Assembly (NCBI RefSeq): GCF_009914755.1
Contig: NC_060928.1
DNA: 64,000 bases
Reading direction: 5' to 3' (one strand)
Source of the DNA: the human T2T-CHM13v2.0 reference genome, Homo sapiens
Every line of letters begins with the position of its first letter. The stretch's first letter is position 1. Shown here in pieces: positions 31,048-49,499 of the stretch. The position numbers and the translations under genes were made by a program. The notes below the pieces were generated by a model, which saw nothing but the letters and a program-made list of their open reading frames with translations, ran no database searches and had not been told where the DNA came from.

Positions 31048-32071
31048 ATGGGGAAAAAACAGAGCAGAAAAACTGGAAACTCTAAAAAGCAGAGCGCCTC
31101 TCCTTCTCCAAAGGATCGCAGTTCCTCACCAGCAACAGAACAAAGCTGGCTGGAGAATGACGAGTTGAGAGAAGAAGGCTTCAGATGATCAAACTACTCC
31201 GAGCTACAGGAGGAAATTCAAACCAAAGGCAAAGAAGTTGAAAACTTTGAAAAAAATTTAGACGAATGTGTACCTAGAATAACCAATACAGAGAAGTGCT
31301 TAAAGGAGCTGATGGAGCTGAAAGCCAAGGCTCAAGAACTATGTGAAGAATGCAGAAGCCTCAGGAGCCAATGAGATCAACTGGAAGAAAGGGTATCAGT
31401 GATGGAAGATGAAATGAATGAAATGAAGCAAGAAGGGAAGTTTAGAGGAAAAAGAATAAAAAGAAACGAACAAAGCCTCCAAGAAATATGGACTATGTGA
31501 AAAGACCAAATCTACATCTGACTGGTGTACCTGAATGTACCTGAATGGTTCCAATGGGGAGAATGGAACCAAGTTGGAAAACACTCTGCAGGATATTATC
31601 TAGGAGAACTTCCCCAATCTATCAAGGCAGGCCAACATTCAGATTCAGGAAATACAGAGAACACCACAAAGATACTCCTCCAGAAGAGCAACTCCAAGAC
31701 ACATAATTGTCAGATTCACCAAAGTTGAAATGAAGGAAAAAATGTTAAGGTCAGCCAGAGAGAAATGTTGGGTTACCCACAAAGGGAAGCCCATCAGACT
31801 AACAGCGGATCTCTCAGCAAAAACTCTACAAGCCAGAAGCAAGTGGGGGCCAATATTCAACATTCTCAAAGAAAAGAATTTTCAACCCAGAATTTCATAT
31901 CCAGACAAACTAAGCTTCATAAGTGAAGGAGAAATAAAATACTTTACAGACAAGCAAATGCTGAGAGATTTTGTCACCACCAGGCCTGCACTAAAAGAGC
32001 TCCTGAAGGAAGCACTAAACATGGAAAGGAACAGCAAGTACCAGCCACTGCAAAATCATGCCAAATTGTAA
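31048..32071 (+). pseudogene. Disrupted L1 ORF1 of L1-C
   Basis: ATGGGGAAAAAACAG at 31048; internal stops and indels; C-terminal fragment 31730-32071 ends YQPLQNHAKL. Confidence 0.95.
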
Positions 32072-32134
32072 AGACCATCAAGGCTAGGAAGAAACTGCAT
32101 CAACTAACGAGCAAAATAACCAGTTAACATCAAA

Positions 32135-35961
<3,827 letters not shown>

Positions 35962-38900
35962 ACAATGAGAACACATGGACACAGGAAAGGGAACATCACA
36001 CTCTGGGGAGTGTTGTGGGGTGGGCGGAGGGGGGAGGGATAGCATTAGGAGATATACCTAATGCTAAATGATGAGTTAATGGGTGCAGCACACCAGCATG
36101 GCACATGTATACATATGTAACTAACCTGCACATTGTGCACATGTACCCTAAAACTTAAAGTATAATAATAATAAAAGAAAAAAAAAGAAAAGAAGCTTAT
36201 CCCTAGGGGGAAAAAAAAAAGCTTTACTGTATCAGCACATCTAACTATGCTAGAGACTGGTAATTGGCTTCTCAACAATTCACTGTGTTCTTTTCTAACT
36301 TACTACGCAGAAATAGCAAAGGTCCTAATTTGTTCAGTTCCTTTTAGGGGCTGACACTGATGAAACTATCCCATGGAGTTAGCAATAGTAGCAACTTTAA
36401 CAACTGCAGCCTTCCTTTATGTATCATTGTATTCCTATCCAGCTGGACCCATTTAATCCCCAGAATGCCTCTATTTCTTAAGCTGTTTTCACAAGAATCA
36501 ATTTTAGTTCACCTATCAGTGATGTGCCACTTCACTGAGATTGGTAAAACTGACTGCCCTGTGAGATATGTCTTTTATGCTTTGTGAGTCCACTGGTGTA
36601 AAGCAAACCAGAGAGATGCAACAGAGATCAGCCAGGAACATTAAGACACTTTCCTCTCATGTCCTCAGAGGACACATGCAGATTTGGACAGTGTTAGCCC
36701 ACTGAGTGGTCTTTTCAAACTCCCTGTTTTACCTCACCGGGCCTCAAGGATTTCAACTTCTTAGTGAATGCTGCATACAAACCAGCTACAGAGGTGGAGA
36801 TTTAGGAAAGAATTACAAGTTAACCTTTCACCAACACAATGATTGTCAATAACATTATTATGATTGTCAGATTGATGGCAAGAGACTAATTGGTTCAGCA
36901 TAAAAAGTGATAGAAAAACTTTGACTTTGCTGTTCTAGATACAAGAGCAGGCTGTAAATATTGTTTAAGAACAGCTGCTCTAGTTAGAACAAAAATTTAT
37001 ACCAATTCCATTGGTACTCTAGGCATAGAAGTTCTGTCTGATTCTGTTTTCTTGCTATATAATAATGAATACCGTAATGAGATTCCAACTAAAGGTTATC
37101 TGGTTTCTGCTACTAAAATATCATGGCACTTGCCTTGAATCAATCATCCAAAGTGATTAGGAGTGTGTGAGACTTTGCTGCACTTACAAAAGTAAGTTGT
37201 GTGACAATTTTTGCCTGCTTTCTGGTATAGAATTCATTTAGAGACTTGTTTTTATCTTGTAGTTCCACCTGGTAGAGAGATTGTGGGAGAGTAGAATTAG
37301 AGCCCTCACATCTAATTTCCAAAGCCTGTGTATATCTACCAAAATAGCCTAATGCAACTGGCTAAATTGACTTAGTTTAGTTGATAGAAGCTGAGTGTCA
37401 TGAAAGAAAGATGACTAGCTGACTGTCTCTTAATTGGCTGTCTGGCTGACAGTGTACCTCCCAATATAAAGAATACCTCATTGACTTAACCATTTTCCCA
37501 AATTTAACTGGAAGCTCCTAAAAGTAGAAACATTTCTTTCTTTCTTTTTAGCAATCGAAATTGTAAGGAATTCTCAGGGAGAAATCATAACACCCAATTT
37601 TACACAGAATGGTTTATGACAGAATTATGATCCTGTATTTTTCAATCAGAAAATCAACTGTCCAGGGCATCAAATATTTAAATAATTGGATCATTATATT
37701 CTGTCCTTAGAGGAAATCTTCATGGGAAGACAAATTACAGTCAGAAGTTGAAAATAGAAATGGAGCAACAGGAATAAATGGGCTAAGCCAATCCAGGTTA
37801 AGAGTCATACCACAATCCACATATGGACCAAAGCATTAACATCTTCAGTCCAAGTTTGCCTGTGTTTAGAAAATGCATTTTTTCCCATAAGACTATGCAA
37901 TGAACTACTTGCATAGTATTTCCCTAAACAGGGTCAATATCAATGATCAGATTTTAGATGATAAATTATAATCCCTTTCAAGTACAGAATCTCAGATGAC
38001 AATTCCATGTAGCCTGATTGGTGCTCCAGGTATTTATAAGTGCCTAAGGAATACACTTTTGTTAAAGGTGTACAATTCCCACTGGTTGCTACAATTGTAC
38101 AATTGGTTGTACAGTTCCCACTACTTGCTAATAATAATTGTATGAATAAACAAATTTGACCAATTTAAGTCTAAGAAACTATTTTAGTACATTTATTTTT
38201 CACATTTTCAGAGGACACACTGTTTTACTGTTCTACACAGCCAATAAAAATGTTTTGTAACACACAAGTAAAGGATTAATTTCTATTCTTCAATCCTTGT
38301 CTATGATTCAGTTTCCTCATTCTCAGTTTTAAATCTTTTCCTATTCATTTTCTTTTCTTCTTCTTATGGTTTCCCCAGAAGCTGTTTGAAGGTGAAACGT
38401 CATAGGAATGCACTAATTGACATGAAGAATTATATAATGCATAGGATACAAAACAGGAAGGAAACACACATTGTCGTTATTCCCTTTCTGTGATTCCTCC
38501 TGAAAGAATGAACTATAGTTGAACTATGTCTTACAATTTTCATCTGGAACTTATTTTAAGTAAATTTACCATCTTGCCCATTACTAGATACATATTTTCA
38601 CAAATCAGTCACACAACAATTTGACCATATCTGAAGCTACAAAATCACTTGAGTGCTCTCATCTTGATTCTCTCAGAATGCAACAGACAGCTCAGAGTTT
38701 ACCACTGGCTCTCTTTTAGTCTTCGTACTGCCAAGGATGTTTTTAATGTTTTATTAAAGTGTAGGATTCTTCTTATTGTTAAATCTGCATTAGGTTAGAG
38801 TCTGAGACCAAATTTCCTGACGGGCCTTCTAAGAGTATGTCACAAATGATAGCAGACACAGTAATATTCAGAGCAATATGGCAGCTGCCGGAGGGAAGCA

Positions 38901-39703
38901 AATAATAAGCTCTAAAAATGCCAATTTTTAACTTAAAAAGAAATATATAATTCTCACAAGGTAGGAACCTTGCCTCATCATGAAATTTTCAGAAAATGCT
39001 GAAGAGTATGGATTCTTATGCCCTTGAAACCAACTCTGAGTAAGTCTGCTTTAGAAACAAAGATAATTTAGAAGGCTCTTTTTTTTTTTTTTTTTCCTGG
39101 CCTCTCAGCTGTAATAGACAGAAAGTTGCACATTTTGGAGAGGTAGTTTTGCTTTTGAATGAATTACCAATATCAATTCTATAGGGAACTGATCTTTGCA
39201 AAGAAATTTTCAAACAACTCATAAAGGTGTCTCATGGTAATCCTTTGCCAGACAGAACCTTAGTAAGTACAGGATGTTTGGAATTTTCATGTCTCACATA
39301 AAAGAATACCATAATGCTATTGATGGCTCTGTCAACTGGGGCTCATTAATTCTGATCACACTGTATTTTAAAATCCTTAAGGCCCAAAGTGACTATAAAA
39401 AATGTAACCAGCTTCATAGACATATCTCCCATGTTGCACAAAGTATTAAGTATTTTACCAAAGTGTTTCAAATTATATATTTTTCTTATGGCCTATCATT
39501 TTAATAAATGTTTCATTTTTTTGTTTTCCAAAATCTATGCAAGACCATTTTTGTAATATATATGTATGTGCATTTTCTTTAGACATTGTTCCTAGATCTA
39601 ATTAGATTTGCTAATGGGTCTGTGACAGTCAAAAGTTAATAAACACTGCAAGACAATATTCCCTATGTGCTTAAATATTATTGCTATTTCTGCTGTTCAG
39701 TTG

Positions 39704-40321
39704 TGTATTAGGGTTCTCCAGAGAGAACCAATGGGATATATAGCTACAGATAGATATAGATATAGATATAGATATAGATATAGATATATAGATATAAATA
39801 TAAATATAGTACACGAGAGGGTATTTTTTAGGTGAATTGGCTCTTGTGATTACAGAGGCTGAGAAGTCCCATGATACGTCATCTGCAAGTTGGAGACCCT
39901 GAGATGCTAGCACTATGGCTCAACCTAAGTCTAAAATCCTCAGAACCACAGAGGCCAATGTGTGAAATGTCTGGCTGAGGCTGAAGATCTGAGAACCCAG
40001 GTGGGGGCTGGTGTAAGTCCCAGAATCTGAAGCCCATTGACTCTAGAGATTTGAAGTCCAAGGGCAGTAGAAGGAGGTCCCAAATCCAAGAAATAGAAAG
40101 AGGAAGAATTATTTTTTCCTCTGCCTTTTTGTTCTACCCAGGCCCCCAGCAGATTGGACTGTACTCGCCCACATTGACTGCAGATCTTCTGCGCTCAGTC
40201 CACTGACTCACACTCATCTCCTCTGGAAACACTATCACAGACACACACAGAAATATTGCTTTTCCCACTTTCTAGGAATTCCTTAGTCAGGTCAAATAGA
40301 CACCTAAAATTAACCATCACA
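39704..40321 (-). mobile_element. MLT2B-type (ERVL) solo LTR with internal (AGATAT)n
   Basis: 'tgtattagggttctccagaga...gaggctgagaagtccc...gacacctaaaattaaccatcaca'; repeat at about 39748-39800. Confidence 0.9.
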
Positions 40322-40384
40322 ATATCCAATTAGATCTATTTCTCTTTTCTGGGCTTTATTTTTAGATAATAGTATAATGCAATT

Positions 40385-40605
40385 CCTTAAGAATGTAGTA
40401 CCTGGGGTTTGATTATCTGGCTTTGAACACTGTTTCATAACTTACCTACTATGCAGTTTTCAAAAGGTTACTCACATATTTAGAACCACAGTTTTTTCAC
40501 CTCTAAGTTTAGAGTTTGTCTTCTTATGTGGTTATTGTAAGGATTAAATGAATTTACGTATGTAAATCGCTCAGCTCAATGCCCGGCACATAGTATAAGC
40601 TCATT
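40385..40605 (+). mobile_element. MIR
   Basis: 'gttattgtaaggattaaatga...gctcagctcaatgcccggcacatagta'. Confidence 0.75.
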
Positions 40606-41054
40606 TGTTGCAGGAATCTAGAGATGAAATTCCTGTCAATACTGAAATATATGCTAGAAATCTAAAATGGAGAAGAATTAGATTGATCATATTTCTATAA
40701 TGTCATGTTTCATAGGATCAGACTGCACAAAGTGATCTTTACCACTAAAGTACATTTGCTACTTATCCCCACATCACCACCTTAGACATTGCCAATAGCC
40801 AGCCTTGTGCTGTTTCAGAAATAATAAATTCAGCTGCTTCATTCTGAAATCAACTTAACTTCTTTCTAGCCATCTCCCTCATGTATTCCATTGTGACTAT
40901 TTTTCAGACTCACAGCAAAGCCAGCTTCTTGTATCTTTCTGTACTTGTTTTTGGCTTTTTGACAGCCAATTTTGTTTCTCTTCTGTTGCCCATGTGTGTA
41001 TAAATCATAAGCTTACACTGGACTTTCTAAATGCTAATATAGAAAAAGATGCAT

Positions 41055-41100
41055 GCATATATATACATATGTATACATATATATGTATATATATATATTT
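41055..41100. repeat. (TA)n microsatellite
   Basis: atatatatacatatgtatacatatatatgtatatatatatat. Confidence 0.85.
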
Positions 41101-44100
41101 GCAAATGGACCTGCAAAGTTAAGAAAAACTGCAATCAAGGAATATTTCACTTAAATAATTTTTTTTTTAATAGTGGACAATTCAGACAACTTCATTCATT
41201 CTTTGTTTCTGTTATTTAAATAAGATGTCATCCTTTAACTTATTTTTTTTTACTTTTTCTCCCGTTTTATTTTGCAATGATTATTGAGTGAATGGAAATA
41301 TTAATGCATGTATGAGTGCGTTTTGGGCATGGCATAGTCATTTGGACCTAAAAATTGATCAAGTTTTGCAGAAACCTGGTATTTTTCATGTTAAGTATGT
41401 TCAAGAAAATATCCAAGAATATCTTAGTTTTAATAAATAGAATATACTTTGTTGAAGATTTAAATATATATAATATGTTCTACTTTGAAGTATATTTAAT
41501 GTTGTACTTATAGTCTTGGATTGACTCAATACAATTTTGATATAGGTAAAGTTAAAGCTTTCCCAACATTCTAATTGAATGAAGGGCCAAAAACTCAGTT
41601 ATTTTGTGAATTTAAGTAAATATGTTATCTGTATCATGATTATTTGCTCTGATAATCTCATAACAATGTGTCATTATGTCATCTGTCAAAACTTTGAAGC
41701 ATTAAAAGGGGAAGGAATTCCCCAGAAACCTTACAACATTCCAATATAGTATATTGATGTAAAATGGGCTGTGGAATTAATATAATTGACTGAAACATAA
41801 GCAAGTTGGATAACCATTCTGTTAATGTATCCACCTGCAAACGTATCTAACTTCCACCTTGTTGAGAAGTATACATAGAAGTACCGTGTTGCGATTTCCT
41901 TGGCATTGCTAGGGTGAAGAGGTGCTTGCATTACACTTCAAATACTTTTGTCTCATCTGTCCACTCCTCTCTTTGCCCAAACTCTTTAAAGTCAGTTAGT
42001 ATTTCGCAATTCTCATTAATGACTAATTATTGAATGCAAACTTTAACTGTATTTCTTCATGTCTGAGATTTATAGAATTGTTGGAATTTTATTTTAATTG
42101 TAAAAAGCTATGAATACATGTCTTCCCTAATGATAATAAAGACGTTTTGAACAATTCATGTCTTTGAGTCAATTGTTTTTAATGTGCTCTTAATGTTTAA
42201 ATGAATAACGACATTATCTAAATATAGCAATATTTAATCAATAGGGTTATGATTTATTAGATTTTATTAGACAATATTTTAATATTAAAAATCCCTTTTT
42301 AAAAAGCTTAGTGCAAAAATACAAAGCAAATGTATATGCAAGTCTCACTATGTCACATGTGTCATGTAAATAAAAACTTTTAAAGATCAAACCAATTATA
42401 CACACTTCAAATGTCTCCTAGCATATTTCTTCATAACCACATCATTCTCCCATGTCTTCCTACCCAGTTATAATAATAAAATGCATTAATTTTCAAATTT
42501 CTATTTAAACAACCAAACAAAGCTTTCATGAAGTGCAAAATTTTCCTGTAAAAAAGAAAGGAATATTGTGAAACTGTAAACCTGGCACGTTGTCTTCAGT
42601 TTCAGTTTTTGTTTTTTACCATATCCTTTATAAAAAATGAATGTACATATCTTTGGAGTACCTTTCAGGAGCTTCAGTATTCTTTTTTGAAATTTTGGAT
42701 TTGCTATCCATTTTTCTAGACAAAATGGACGAATAATAGGTTTTCATCAGTTAGATAACAATGGAATAAATCTGCGAGGACACTGACATGTTGATATTGT
42801 GCCCAAATTGAGTTCAACTCAAAAATCTTACTGTACTAATTCTGAATGACTCATGACTCTATTTTTCATACTGGTAAAAAGCAAATAAAATAGTATTTTG
42901 TCTTCTACTCTAATTGGACATAGAATGGATACTTAATTTTTCAAGTACTTTAAGTTAAAGTAAATAAAAAAACAAAGTTAATAATAGTAGCTTATATTGA
43001 TTCTGATATAAATATGACGTGTCTTCATGCTAACCAACCATATCTACCTTCTTACAAGATTAATCTCTATATAACTGGTTATTGTTATTGCTCATATTTT
43101 TTTAATTCCTAATCAAATTTTAAAAATTGTCTTGTGTAGTATGCATTTGATTATCTTTTTCTGGAATTCAGTACTTTTTTAGTTCTCCAGAAGCCAATTT
43201 AATGTTAAGATATTTCCCATGAAATTGGTAATTTTTTTGGAAAATGTATCTGAGATGAGTGAAGAGAAAAGCAGAAAAGCATTTTTATGAAGCAAAATTT
43301 TGAAAGAGTTTAAATATACGGTTCAAAGGCAAACCATAGAGTAAAAGGTAGATGGCAACCATAATAGTGCTGCTAATTTAACCAATTTTTCCTACCATTG
43401 TCACCAAAACTTAAGCTCATCACATCTATTACTTTTAACCCCTCACTTGTTCTGTCCTGAGAAGCATGGTGACATTGTACTTCCTGAACAAATGAAACTC
43501 ATGGAAAGCTCTTAGCCTTTGTCTTTCCTTGTTCTCCCTTCCCTACCTGGAACATCCTTCTATTTTTAAACTAATCTGGAAGTTTTTTGGTTTTAAGCAA
43601 CGTAATGCTAATTTGAACCAGCTAAGAAAAATGGAAGTTCAAAAAAAATTAAACCAAAGAAAGTTGAAGGATTGAACTAGATTTCAGGAATTAACAAATA
43701 ATCTTGAAAAAAAAAAAGATCTGTTTTTTCTTTCCATTGCATATCTGCTTCTCCTTTTATGTCGTCTTATGTCCTTTCCATTATTTTTGACTGACATTGT
43801 CCCTGGATTTTGAAATAAGTCTCTCAGCAGATTTTTGACGAATATTTGTTAGCTTTGCTTTTGACATAGACTCAGTATTATCTGCAATATCAAGTTTAAG
43901 ATTCCTGTTAAAAAGGTTCACATTTAGTTAGGTTTCCACCGTGGAACTAACCATTTGTGACCCAAGAATGTACTACAGTGTTGGGTCACAACTCCACCAA
44001 TAGATAAAGCAGTGTGGCCAGGAAAGCACAAAAATAAATAAATAAATAAGCACCAAATAAAAGCATAAAGCACTGGAAGTTCCATGAGCAGTATATTGTT

Positions 44101-44889
44101 GGAATGAGCCCAATAACTAGAAAGGAGAAAAGATTGCTGAGCACTAAATCCTTTAAGATCCAGCATAGAAATCGCTTTGTTCATCAGACTTTGCAGATGG
44201 TGTTTCAAGACTGCACTAATTACTACTTGTTTCATGTTCCTAATAGAATTTTTTTATACTCATTTCATGCTATTACAGAAATTGTCATATAGCATTATAT
44301 GATCTTACATACTTGTCTCCTCACAACGTGAGCTACTTTAGTTTGTATCATGTTTTATTTATCCAGTAATTACAGTAGATCTTGAATATTTGAGCTGCTC
44401 AATATGCGCTTTTGATAAATATATGAACAATTCTATATATTGTTTGGTATAAGTACAATGTATACACCTTCTTTTTCTTTCTTTTTTCTTCCTTCTTTCT
44501 TTTCATTATATTATCACATTAAATGCTTTAAGCTGACTCTTTTTCCCTACCAAATGACTACAAATGCTCTCTATTATATTACCCTGCATTATTTTCTTTA
44601 AGGCACTACTCACTCCCTTCAGTTGTGTTTATTCACCTACTCATTTAATAACTGTTTCTCCCACTAAAGGAATGAATACTTTACTATATCAAAGATCTTG
44701 TTTTATTCATCTCTATATTCTTAATACACAGATCAGTATCAGTTATATAGCAAATGTTTTCTTTATAAATGACTTGATAATATACGGACAACCTATTATA
44801 AATCCTAGCCTTTAGAGATTATTGTTTTACACTGGATAAAAAGACTAGCAATTAGGCACACAAAAATTACTATGAGGACTCACATCATT

Positions 44890-45740
44890 TTTTAGTGGTG
44901 TAATGTGAAAAACTTTCTGTCGTAGTTGACATATGAATGAGTCTGGGAAGACGGATTGAATTTGTCTTGGTGGAACTAACAGTAAAAGGAAATCCCAATA
45001 CAAATATAAACATGAATATAGGGTCAAAGTGTGGCAGGCAAGCACAAGTATTGAAATGGTTTGACAGAGAAATAAGATGCTAGAAAGTAAGCACTGAAAA
45101 ATGAGATTAGAAATAATTGGAGGCAAGACCTTGACAAATTTAAAATTACAACCAAGGAAACTGGATTTATTTCTTAAATGCTGAAGGAGCATTGGTGATT
45201 TCTGACCAGAGAGTTCACCAGTGTTGGTTTTCCTGAAGAACGTATATGCTAACAATACATAGGGTAGGAATTAAGCTTGCTTGCTAGATGAAAGGTAATG
45301 AAAACATGGAAGGTAAGGAAAATGTCAACTAGGAGAGCGAAAAAGGGGATAAACAATGAGTATATGTGTGAAAACATTGTTGAGAAAAGATACATGCAAT
45401 TGGCAAGAAATTAGAGAGTCAAACAAGAAGAAAGACACTAAGGTTTTGAGCTCAGGTGATTCGACAAATGAGGATTAATATGTGCATAAATAAGAAAAAA
45501 TAAAACAGAAAATTTGAGATGAAAGATGCATCATAATTTGAAACAATCCTAGGATATTTGGAGATATTAAGAAGCAGGGGCTGGAAATTCAGAATAAGAA
45601 AAAAGTAGAGGCTAAAAACACAGATATGGCAGTCATGCACCAGATGTGAAAATTAAATTCTGATCTGGTGAGATGATTGAGATAGAATATATATAAAAAG
45701 ATGAGAAGGCAGCCTAGAACAGATCCATGGAAAATTTCTA
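44890..45740 (-). mobile_element. L2 fragment
   Basis: Purine-rich antisense L2 motifs such as 'ctggatttatttcttaaatgctgaaggagcattggtgatttctga' and 'aaggttttgagctcaggtga'; boundaries approximate. Confidence 0.6.
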
Positions 45741-46779
45741 TTTATCTAATATTCCTTATAGAGTAATAGCAAGATGAATAAATGTTTTTGCAGTAAATAA
45801 TGTATTACAATTAGAAAATGCTTGTGTTATAGAAATAATTCAATATAACATGGTGGTAGATGTCGGACTTGACTTTTATTCCTTCTTCCAAGGCAATTTG
45901 CCTTTCTGAAAAGTTGGCAAAAATTTCCTTATTGCTGTAGATCATTTATTCAGCAGTGAAAAACAGATGGCTCTTTTGTGGCTTCTCTGCACTAGGTTTG
46001 GCAATTGTTTTTCTTCCCCGCGATTAAAATAACTTGCTGAGCTTATTGCTAGCCTTCCAAAGGAAGATGCTAAAAATGGATATTAGAATGTAATGCAATC
46101 CACACTTCGGGTTTTTCTTAATTTGCTTTGAAAACATTCATTCAATTTGTTCATTTTGCAAACAAGCAACGATTACCTATTGTGTACTTTTCTCATTGAT
46201 TGTAGTTTATTTGTTTACCAGACTAGACTCTTACCACTTGGAAGAACTATAGAGTTTATGTTGAGGGACTGAGATATTTTCATGGAAAATGAACTCGTTC
46301 TTAAAGAACTAGCTGACTTTAGTTTGGGGATAATTTTAAAAATTGTTCTAAGGGGACTACAGCGGAATAATTTTGCATAAGATCATGACACTGCTGTAAT
46401 ATGAAAAAAAAACTCGAAGCTTTAGAGGAAGAAATTTATATTTCCTTCCTTACTCAAAATATCTCTACCAAAAATGTGAAAATGAGTGAACCATTACAGA
46501 TATCAATATCAAAATGTTTATGGCAGAGCATAGAGATAATACTCAACTTCATTCTTATAAAATTTTTAAAAATTTCAGAACAATTTATGCCTGTTCTTTA
46601 CCACTTTCCTCCATCATGTTGCCTGACAATGGCAAGCTTTTAATTTCTGATTTTAAGGCTTTTATTTAAAATGTGCATTTTATTGGAATGGGTTACTTTC
46701 AGGATAATGCAGTTCATCATTATATTGTATAGAGCATTTTGAACTATATTGTCTTAAAATGCATTCAATTAGTAAAAAA

Positions 46780-48750
46780 TAAAGTAAATAATATGTACAA
46801 GATACTAAGTCTACAATGAAAATAGCAATACTTCGCTTAAGCCTCCCCAGTCCCTACTCTCTCACAAGAGGGTAACCATTTTCAAATATTTAGCTATTAT
46901 TAGTAGTATTTACCTTATATTCATAAACAGTATGCTATGTTAGTAATTTCATATGACAACATTTTACATTTTATGTCAGATTTCTGTATGGTAGGTAAAA
47001 TTTGATTATACCAATATTCCTTTAACTTCAGCTCCCTACATATTGCCATTTATGGCTGTATCAGCATTTTTTTCAATCAAAAGCTGTATTTTTATTATAA
47101 ATTATATATTTAATTTATTTCTGCATCAATAATCATATTTAGTTTTCTTTGTTATAAAACTTACTCGTTTTTCTGAAATTAATGATTGTCTCATGTTTTA
47201 ACTTGTCTGTTTTTTTAATCTAATTTAATTGTTTCCATATGCTCCATTCGACCTGATATAGATCTATCAATGTCACTTTAAAGACATCTAAACATACTAG
47301 ATAATAATCAGGGTCATTTTCCCTGCCCCCAGATGCCTCCTTCTTTCTGCTACTCTAAGTGCTGCCTGGCTATTCTAGCCTTCTACATGCTGTCATTGTA
47401 ATAATTTGCTTATGGAACCCTAGACAATCCATTGCCTCTTTATGGTGTTAAATTTCCTGTTTCCTGGATCATACATTCTATAGCAGCTCTATGTCAAAAG
47501 AACAATGGAAAGTAAATATTGAGAATGTTTGCATTAATGTAAATGTCTTCTTTTCTATCCTTCTGCTTGACTAGTATTTGAGTGGGTATATAATTTTAAG
47601 CTGGAAATTCTTTCTCATCAGAAATTTTAATCATATTGCTAATGAGAAATCTGAAATTTAAATTTTAAATTAATTAAATTTAAAATTTAATTAAAATTAA
47701 AATTTTAAATCTGATTTTAAATTTAAAATTTCTGTTCTATTTTTTGCAACATAACTTTTCATTCTGGTATTTTCTTTATTTCTCATGTTCTAAGACTTCA
47801 TGTTCAGCTGCCTTAGATTACGTTTTGTGCATCATTTCATGCATTGTGTTGGGTACACAGTAGGGTATGCCTTTCCATATGGAGACATTTTTAACAATAA
47901 AGATGTTTTTAAGTACTAAAATTAATATTTATATATTAACATTATTTTTTAAAATATTATTTTAAAACAATTCATGTGTTAACTTATGCATTATTTGTTC
48001 TTTGTTGAAATTTTTTGTCGTGTATTGGAACTTCTGAATTTATTCTTTAATTTTTTTAGCTCTTTCTTTTGATTTTTGTTTTATATTCTGTTATTTCTTT
48101 ATATGTGCTTATATATATCATCTTATGTAATTGTTGAATAATATTTTATGCAACTAAAGTTTTAGTTCCCAAGATCTTATTTGGATTAGTTGGGTTGAGT
48201 CTCTTTTCCCCTGCCACCAAATCCCACCCCAACTTTTTGATGACTGTGTTTCATGTTGTAGACTTTCTTTTCATGTCTGGTGTTTGTTGGTTGTTCATTC
48301 ATCATTAAGAGTAATTATGACTAATTATGGTCTGACAGCTCTGCTTGTCTGAATAGGGAAAATTGACATGTGGACTATACTATAAGAAGATGGTCACTCA
48401 ATCCCTTCACTGTGTTTTTTGAACATTTTATTGAGACTCCTAAATTCTTTCAGCAAAGAATCCTCCAATGCCCTGCCTAACAGAAATAGGTTTGGCAATG
48501 GACATTTCGAAGCAAGGCAAGGGAATGGAACTGAAATTGGTCTTACTCTTGAGTGTAGACTTTCACCCTGCCCTCTGTTTTTTAGTATGGCTCTTCTCTG
48601 TCTCCCTCTTCTAAGTAGATACTACTTATTTGGAGACTCTCTGAAACCTACCTGCAGATGGGCTGAAGAGCTGAGGTCAGTCACCTGGGTGAGAAGCATA
48701 GGAGATAGAAATTGCAGATTCCCACTGTTCTGTGTATACAGCAAGTTCTC
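46780..48750 (-). mobile_element. HAL1/L1ME-class ancient LINE fragment
   Basis: 'aatgtcttcttttctatccttctgcttgactagtatttgagtgggtatataattttaagctggaaattc' resembles antisense HAL1/L1ME ORF1-like sequence; T-rich; boundaries approximate. Confidence 0.5.
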
Positions 48751-48990
48751 AAGTCAGTGCCTTTATAATTTATGATATCCACATGGTTTGTTCACTCACC
48801 CCTTTCAACTACTTGTTCAAATGTCACTTTCTCAATGAGAACTTCATTTAAACATCATATCGAAAATTGACTCTGCCTCAGGCATGACCTTCCCTATGTA
48901 TAATGTCCAACTAATTTTTCTACAGAATTAGTTGTAATTTCTTGTTAAATTGTTTATTGCCTCTGCCTTTTCTTTAGGAAATAATCTTCG

Positions 48991-49299
48991 GGCCGGGCGC
49001 GGTGGCTCACTCCTGTAATCCCAGCACTTTGGGAAGCCGAGGCGGGCAGATCACGAGGTCAGGAGATGCAGACCATCTTGGCTAACACGGTGAAACCCCA
49101 TCTCTACTAAAAATACAAAAAAGTTAGCGGGGCGTGGTGGCGGGCGCCTGTAGTCCCAGTTACTCAGGAGGCTGAGGCAGGAGAACTGCGTGAACCCGGG
49201 AGGCGTAGCTTGCGGTGAGCCTAGATCGCGTCACTGCACCGCAGCTTGGGTGACAAAGTGAGACTCCGTCTCAAAAAAAAAAAAAAAGAAAAGAAAAAA
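48991..49299 (+). mobile_element. Full-length AluY, CpG-rich
   Basis: 'ggccgggcgcggtggctcac...gaccatcttggctaacacggtgaaacccc'; 13-bp TSD gaaataatcttcg at 48978-48990 and 49300-49312. Confidence 0.98.
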
Positions 49300-49499
49300 G
49301 AAATAATCTTCGTGAGCATAAGGATTGTTATAGCCCCGGTGAACAGGGTTTCAAATATAGAAAGCAATTCACAAATAACTGTTGGATAAAAATGTTTGCT
49401 TTCTAAAAATAATCGTTGGAGAGTTCTACATAATCACATTGTTTGTAATGTAATAGAAATATAATTGTAATCGACTACAAAACTATACAAATTCATCAA

